In this document: piece after piece, positions 15,801 through 20,000 of the stretch
Position numbering within the stretch: the first letter of the stretch is position 1
How the letters are laid out: each line of letters opens with the position of its first letter
IMG/VR virus record: IMGVR_UViG_3300001605_000029
Span: 52,074 to 72,073 of that record
Direction: 5' to 3' (one strand)
Length of the DNA stretch: 20,000 nucleotides
From: an uncultured virus (IMG/VR IMGVR_UViG_3300001605_000029)
Lineage: Duplodnaviria; Heunggongvirae; Uroviricota; Caudoviricetes
Notes under the pieces: generated by a model
The model's database searches: none
Seen by the model: the letters and a program-made list of their open reading frames with translations, nothing else
Told to the model about the DNA's origin: nothing
Program-made: the position numbers and the translations under genes

Positions 15801-16190
15801 AAATGTATCATGCATCCACAGCACTCGCATTTTGGCCTTGCTGAGAATCCTATCATAAAGATTCATAGTGGCAAAACGATTGCTTCTGTTGTCGGTTAAT
15901 CTGGCGTAGTCTTTTGGATCGGTAAATGGGATCACAGTTCTTGAACTGATCACTATGTCAAATTCATAGTCTTGTGCCAACGCAGACAGTGGGCGATAGG
16001 TCACAGTGTCATAGATGCCCGGCTCAGCATGATCCATATCACAGTTGTTAAAAACTGTAACTTCAAATCCAATTTCTGCAAGTTCTTTGGCCATTAGAGT
16101 GACAGCACTTTCGCTGCCACCAAGGCCTTGTTTGAATACTGTAGTTCCGTCGTATGGGATACCTATAACGTCTATAATAGCAATTCTCAT
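12828..16190 (-). CDS. Multidomain glycosyltransferase: GT4 + GT2 + GT2-like + FkbM-family methyltransferase (1120 aa)
   Basis: GT4: GLGGSE and ETYGISSMES. GT2: SPFYN, INDASTD, LDGDD. Second GT-A domain: SVDSD, GFGCVLV, SEDVDFC. FkbM: YDVGA, IKMDVQGAELDVLKG. Confidence 0.9.
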   Translation of the reverse strand: MRIAIIDVIGIPYDGTTVFKQGLGGSESAVTLMAKELAEIGFEVTVFNNCDMDHAEPGIYDTVTYRPLSALAQDYEFDIVISSRTVIPFTDPKDYARLTDNRSNRFATMNLYDRILSKAKMRVLWMHDTFCLGDNLIEELAVNNRITDIFTLSDWHTTYIANCNHGRRRNFEVLKNKLFITRNGVRIYHDEVDIAAKDKNLFVYNASVTKGMIPLVKMIWPHLKRHIPEAKLKVIGGYYRFSTNAEPDQQEKDWRVMAADPALAALDIEFTGVISQREIADILTQANFMLYPAAFPETYGISSMESLCYNTPIITCRFGALEEIALAGACYLIDYAIEPNSLFPDINVPQQVEQFVKTTVEAYRNPYLHQQKQYYCNIVKETAGWDSVALQWKQHFYKKAGHYLSKQDYRAVSKINHRLHKIYNRKFHNTVELENYKSGREQQIVVISPFYNCSKYIEKCIASVAAQDYDNYLHYLINDASTDDSADVVKTALSNLPEELKGKFLLINNKENQGAVRNQIENIRPLDDNAIIMLLDGDDTLVNDNTVFSYYNSIYNGTTEFTYGSCWSMADNIPLISQPYPQKVRQNKTYRQHHFNWILPYTHLRTFKKHLLNSCEDAQFKDDTGQWYRAGGDGSVFYALIEAADADKVKCLQDVVYNYNDVNPLNDYKVNAQEQNKNAREIVKMSTEKKRILIAIPTAKNIEPETYKSIYDLIVPEGYQTTFQYFYGYNIDQVRNLIADWVVKGYDYLFSVDSDISFAPDTLVKLLSHDKDLVSGLYIQRKPGQHVLELYENNNTGGVSNIPYGKIKGKGLVEIASCGFGCVLVKSQVLKAVDYPQFKYHSAVDHRNTISEDVDFCRKATNKGFRLWADTSIQCNHTGSFTFNVDNNIPAVVEAAPVNIETRLRELGSQRLIPADHVGYLAKLKAQGFEPRVIYDVGACVLHWTNEAKRIWPSAEFVAFEAMDSSEFLYKEQNLKYFMGALSDVTGKEVEFYQNDWHPGGNSYYRENAEVNPEAPQYFNENHKRVLKTATLDAVVRLKQFPLPDLIKMDVQGAELDVLKGASQVLTTVKHVILELQAVEYNKGAPLKDTVITYMDTIGFDCTGLFSNNGPDGDYHFVRR

Positions 16191-16219
16191 ACTATTATGT
16201 ATCCTTGCAAGGAATTCTA

Positions 16220-16471
16220 TTAAAAATTATTGTTGTTTAATTGATCGACTATAATCGACAACTGATCAGTTGTTTCGGCTTGATCAATGTTCTCCGCTAT
16301 TCCCAAAAAATATTGATCTATGGCGGGTTGTTGCTCTGCTATGTTGTCAAAATCAGTACCAGGTAGTTGTTTTCTAACTGCTTCTAATATAGGAACAAGA
16401 GCTTCTTGATGCCGCAGTTGGCACAATGCATAAGTAATTTGTTTAGCTTGATCTAAATTAACAGTGATCAT
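16220..16471 (-). CDS. Small tail-fibre-associated protein (83 aa)
   Basis: MITVNLDQAKQI N-terminus of the kind that follows tail fibre genes; AAGGA RBS. Confidence 0.55.
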   Translation of the reverse strand: MITVNLDQAKQITYALCQLRHQEALVPILEAVRKQLPGTDFDNIAEQQPAIDQYFLGIAENIDQAETTDQLSIIVDQLNNNNF

Positions 16472-16472
16472 G

Positions 16473-16682
16473 TCATTCCTTTATATCACAGTCGTTGAAG
16501 TCTGCCTGCCATGCATCTCTAAAAAACGGATCAACTGGTATATCTGTTACGTCAATTATCTTATAAACTGAACCAGTTGGTACTTGATCTAATGCAGATT
16601 CCTGCGTTTGTCCTATAGCAGGGACGATTATCTCTATCCCGCCCGTATCCTTTGGATAAATTATTCTAAAGTTCGGCATCAT
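16473..16682 (-). CDS. Small tail-fibre-associated (assembly chaperone-like) protein (69 aa)
   Basis: RIIYP..GG..IIVPA...VP.G..YKIIDVTDIP.D..FRDAW pattern, common beside phage tail fibres. Confidence 0.6.
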   Translation of the reverse strand: MMPNFRIIYPKDTGGIEIIVPAIGQTQESALDQVPTGSVYKIIDVTDIPVDPFFRDAWQADFNDCDIKE

Positions 16683-16795
16683 TGTTCCTTATAAACTTCC
16701 GAGTTATCCCACTCTTGTATTTCTTCAGGAGGCGGCTTATCACCTGGCGTTTCACTATCAAACTCTGTTATAATACCTTCTCCTAACAGTGCCAT
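16679..16795 (-). CDS. Small acidic ORF (38 aa)
   Basis: Not in the track. GAGGTG RBS, MALLGEGIITEFDSETPGDKPPPEEIQEWDNSEVYKEQ, ATGA overlap with the next gene. Confidence 0.4.
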   Translation of the reverse strand: MALLGEGIITEFDSETPGDKPPPEEIQEWDNSEVYKEQ

Positions 16796-16798
16796 ATA

Positions 16799-17020
16799 TC
16801 ACCTCGAAAGAGATTGTTTCTTTGCGGGCCAGTTGTCCCATGTATAGTAGATTCTACTGCCGCCAGCTAAGAATAGGCCTACTGGTAGCTTTTTTCCTTC
16901 TTGACTATCAAAATTTTCTATATCGATGTCTACGACATATGCATCAGGTTGAACTTTTACACCGTCGAATGATCGAAAGCTGTTGTCTAGTGTGTTTAAG
17001 TATCCTAGTGCCATAGTCAA
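16799..17020 (-). CDS. Hypothetical protein (73 aa)
   Basis: ATGA-coupled to the upstream tail gene; no recognisable motif. Confidence 0.5.
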   Translation of the reverse strand: MTMALGYLNTLDNSFRSFDGVKVQPDAYVVDIDIENFDSQEGKKLPVGLFLAGGSRIYYTWDNWPAKKQSLSR

Positions 17021-18057
17021 GCTTTCTTAATTATGTATGCTGCGGCAGAAGTGGTGCTACTAGGTCCGCAAGGCAAATAGACATACAAGTCGTTGCCTAT
17101 GCTGATAGTATCGCCGGGCGATCCTAATCCTGCTGCCACTAGATACATATCGCTATATTCGCTGATATATAAAGGACTATAGCCTTTACTCAACATGCTG
17201 AACATCAAAGGAACTATGCTAATTCTAGTACTGCCAGTTCTATTTATAGTAGAATTAGTTGGTTGGAATCTGTTAGTTATCGCAGTGCTGTATAATTGAT
17301 CATTTGTTGTACTTAAAATTGCAATACTCGCTAGGCTTCGAGAAATTGTGCTGATATTATAATAATCAGTCAGTGTAGCAAATCCCGTTAGGGAGGGGTT
17401 ACCAGGAATCACAAGCTGCTGAGTTAAATATCCTGTTACCTCTGTTAAGAACACTACTGGAGTTGCGCCCGACAGTTGGGTTGCGGTAGTTTCGGGAAAT
17501 TCTATGCTGGCCATTATTCCAGCATTCGGAATAGTAGCATTAGTTATAACATTTGAAAATAAAATCAAGTGCCTATCACTCCAACTTATATATATTTTTG
17601 ATCCTCGGATTACTCCTCGAGTACTAGTACTGTTATTATACCACGTTTGGTTAATCAGGGTTGTTGCATTAGTAGCGCCACTTGCACCTTGCAATAGCAC
17701 GCCACGATCCGCAGTACCGTTGTACACGTTGCCAATAACAGCTCCAGTAGTATTTAAAGTACTAGAATTGACATTAGTTAATCTGATATATTTTGTTTTC
17801 GACGAATTAACACAAGGTGCTGTTAACACCCAGCTGGCCAAATTTATGTTGGGGGTAGCTGGAACAAAACTAGTAGATTCTGGAAACAAAAAACTCCAAT
17901 TAGAATTACTGGTAATTATTTCTGACTGATTCTGAATAGCACCAGTCAGCTGACTGGTAGATGTAAATGTTCCAGTAATTATTCCTACAATATCATGTAG
18001 TACGGTAGTTGACCTAACAGATCCGTCCGTTGCATAGGTTAATGTTGCAAATCCCAT
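17017..18057 (-). CDS. Probable tail/virion protein, paralogue B (346 aa)
   Basis: Ser/Thr/Ile-rich, beta-type composition; AAGGA RBS; aligns end to end with 18067..19110. Confidence 0.7.
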   Translation of the reverse strand: MGFATLTYATDGSVRSTTVLHDIVGIITGTFTSTSQLTGAIQNQSEIITSNSNWSFLFPESTSFVPATPNINLASWVLTAPCVNSSKTKYIRLTNVNSSTLNTTGAVIGNVYNGTADRGVLLQGASGATNATTLINQTWYNNSTSTRGVIRGSKIYISWSDRHLILFSNVITNATIPNAGIMASIEFPETTATQLSGATPVVFLTEVTGYLTQQLVIPGNPSLTGFATLTDYYNISTISRSLASIAILSTTNDQLYSTAITNRFQPTNSTINRTGSTRISIVPLMFSMLSKGYSPLYISEYSDMYLVAAGLGSPGDTISIGNDLYVYLPCGPSSTTSAAAYIIKKA

Positions 18058-18066
18058 GTTATTCCT

Positions 18067-19110
18067 TTATTGTTTTAATACCATAAGAGAGGCATATGTT
18101 GCTGTTGGATTTTTTGCACTGTTTGCAATTGCCAGTACTACATAAGGATTACCGTTAATGGTTATCACATCTTCAGTCACTCCTGCTTGATTAGCTGTTA
18201 CATAGACATTGGTTAGAGAACTAAAGTTCATTATGGGCATTCCTACTTTGACACTGGCATACCAAAGTGGTACAAAGTAGTATGCTGTTTGACCCAGTGT
18301 ATTCACGGACGGGACAATATCCGAATTGGCTGTTATAGCCCGAGGAAATGTTCCGCTGCCTGTAGCATTATGGTGTGCATAAATTGAATTTACACTGCTG
18401 CTTGGCGGAACATACTGGTCATAAGTCACTAGGCTATTAAGAATTGTGCTAGAATCGGCCGGTGTGGGCGATGTGGACAATGATGCATCGGAGGATGAAG
18501 CGGCAGTTGTATAAGATAGATGTGCTGCTGGGGCACCACCAGAAAACAAGGATAACTCATTTTCAGGAAACTCTGCTGATAAGTTAAATCGTGTGTTTAT
18601 AACAGAGCCATTGGCAGTATCCCCGTATACCAATAGATGTCTATTGCTCCAACTTATATAAATTTCAGTCGAGGTATTTCTCCCAAATAAGCTTTGCTGT
18701 CTAATGGATGCGTTAGTTACTATATTGTAGAAAGACGGAGAATCGATAGTTAACGAAGGGCTAGTAGTTATACTTCTGGCACCATGCATTAAAATACCTA
18801 TACTAGTAGTAGATAGCGTACCGCTAACATCGAGAACGAAACCGCTAGCAACATTGGCTGTTCTCAAAACTACAAATTTATTTTTATTAGTATCTATACA
18901 GGGACTAACTAACACTTTAGGTTCTGTGCCCGTTCCATCGAATGCATAACTCCAATTTTCCCCCAGTGAATTCACTATCTCCGAACTGGCCGTGTCGCAA
19001 AATTCCAGCTGAGACTTATCGGTAATTGTTCCAGTTATAACTTTTGCCATGTCAGATATCAAACTAGTGGCTTCAATAGCTGGATTATATATTAACTTAG
19101 CGTATCCCAT
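18067..19110 (-). CDS. Probable tail/virion protein, paralogue A (347 aa)
   Basis: Start reassigned to MGYAKLIY at 19110 (AAGGA RBS; matches MGFATLTY of the paralogue). Confidence 0.7.
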   Translation of the reverse strand: MGYAKLIYNPAIEATSLISDMAKVITGTITDKSQLEFCDTASSEIVNSLGENWSYAFDGTGTEPKVLVSPCIDTNKNKFVVLRTANVASGFVLDVSGTLSTTSIGILMHGARSITTSPSLTIDSPSFYNIVTNASIRQQSLFGRNTSTEIYISWSNRHLLVYGDTANGSVINTRFNLSAEFPENELSLFSGGAPAAHLSYTTAASSSDASLSTSPTPADSSTILNSLVTYDQYVPPSSSVNSIYAHHNATGSGTFPRAITANSDIVPSVNTLGQTAYYFVPLWYASVKVGMPIMNFSSLTNVYVTANQAGVTEDVITINGNPYVVLAIANSAKNPTATYASLMVLKQ

Positions 19111-19120
19111 TATCGTCCTT

Positions 19121-20000
19121 TTACCAATATTCAAAAATTACTGTCAAATCTTCACCTGCTGTGGCGCTGCCTATTTGTAATATATCAACTGTTATATAAT
19201 CGCCCGTAGTAACAGTGAATCCCAGGGGTTCTATTATTACATAGGCAGTGGTTGAGGGAATTGTTATAGTTCGATCTAGTGCGCCGTTTTTGTTTATGCC
19301 CACTATTATGTCAGCACCTACGGAAGGTACTGTTACATAGGCTAGTATTCTTCTAATGGTGTAATTGGTGTTGATCCACCATCGTTTTAAATCCTAAGAA
19401 TGTGACCAGTATATCATTATAGCTTACTGTTTTTGTCTGTACACCCGAATCGCCTTGACTGCCGGTGAAGCCAGCACTACCGGTATATCCAAGAGCGGCA
19501 AAGGCACCGTCGATACCTTGACTACCAGTGAAGCCTACAAGACCTTGACTACCAGTGTACCCAACATCTCCTTGTAGTCCTGTATATCCGAGATCACCTT
19601 GACTACCAGTGTACCCAACATCACCTTGACTACCAGTGTAACCTAATGCAGCAAATGCTCCATCGATACCTGCACTGCCAGTAAAACCAATTACTCCTTC
19701 TGTTCCTTGACTTCCAGTAAAGCCAATTGAGCCGTCGTATCCTCGGCTTCCAGTAAAGCCCGTTGGCCCAGCAGGGCCAACAATTTGTCCTACGTTGTTC
19801 CATGCAGACCCAGTCCACACATATAACGATCCAGTGTCATCAACAACATATCCGTCGCCTAGCTCTCCTGTGTAAGGATCCGGCAATAGTGATGCTGTAC
19901 TTACAGAACCGACGATTCTAACTCCAGTGCCGTCGTTTCCTCGACTACCTGTGTAACCGATATCTCCTCGACTACCGGTAAATCCAATATCGCCTTGACT
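19121..20000 (-). CDS. Collagen-like tail fibre protein, 5'-partial, with an apparent 1-nt frameshift near 19385-19388
   Basis: Frame is open from 20000 with G-x-y repeats. Deleting one A from TTTAAAACGA gives FKRWWINTNYTIRRILAYVTVPSVGADIIVGINKNG..., which joins ORF 19121..19303. Confidence 0.75.
19445..20000 (-). repeat. Collagen-like G(F/Y)TGS(Q/R/A)G coding repeats
   Basis: 9-aa/27-nt units (GYTGSQGDV type), plus a duplicated GIDGAFAALGYTGS block, interrupted by a short non-collagen domain. Confidence 0.85.

Noticed and set aside
16679..17020. Single frameshifted gene spanning the 73-aa and 38-aa ORFs
   Set aside because: No joined reading is convincing by eye and the small ORF has its own GAGGTG RBS; this cannot be settled without homologues.
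19445..20000. CRISPR-like periodic repeats
   Set aside because: These are codon-degenerate 27-nt repeats encoding G-x-y collagen, with no unique spacers and no cas genes.

Overview
This roughly 40% GC, gene-dense window looks like part of a large T4-like/jumbo dsDNA phage genome. Hints of a PHA-storing proteobacterial host are inference only. Most genes are on the minus strand and are preceded by a T4-late-type TAAATA promoter core. From right to left the window holds: a collagen-like tail fibre with two paralogous tail proteins and small tail-associated genes; a 1120-aa GT4-GT2-GT2-FkbM fusion; a secreted thermonuclease; three probable internal head proteins; a highly structured ~100-nt intergenic RNA; a sigma70-driven membrane protein/HAD nucleotidase pair; a delta-9-type fatty acid desaturase; a plus-strand cassette of small genes with a GNAT and a phasin-like gene; a translationally coupled operon encoding a Pol-beta-type nucleotidyltransferase, a RelE/YafQ-like RNase and a KxDG ligase-like protein; and further structural/scaffold-like genes. 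Many proteins begin with a short leader resembling the T4 capsid-targeting sequence and prohead protease site, which suggests they are packaged in the head and injected. The best candidates for new biology are the nucleotidyltransferase/RNase/ligase operon, the structured ncRNA, the phasin/GNAT/desaturase island and a nested internal start in the scaffold-like gene. Three single-base frameshifts and one N are most simply explained as sequencing errors. All family assignments come from motif recognition by eye; no database searches were run.
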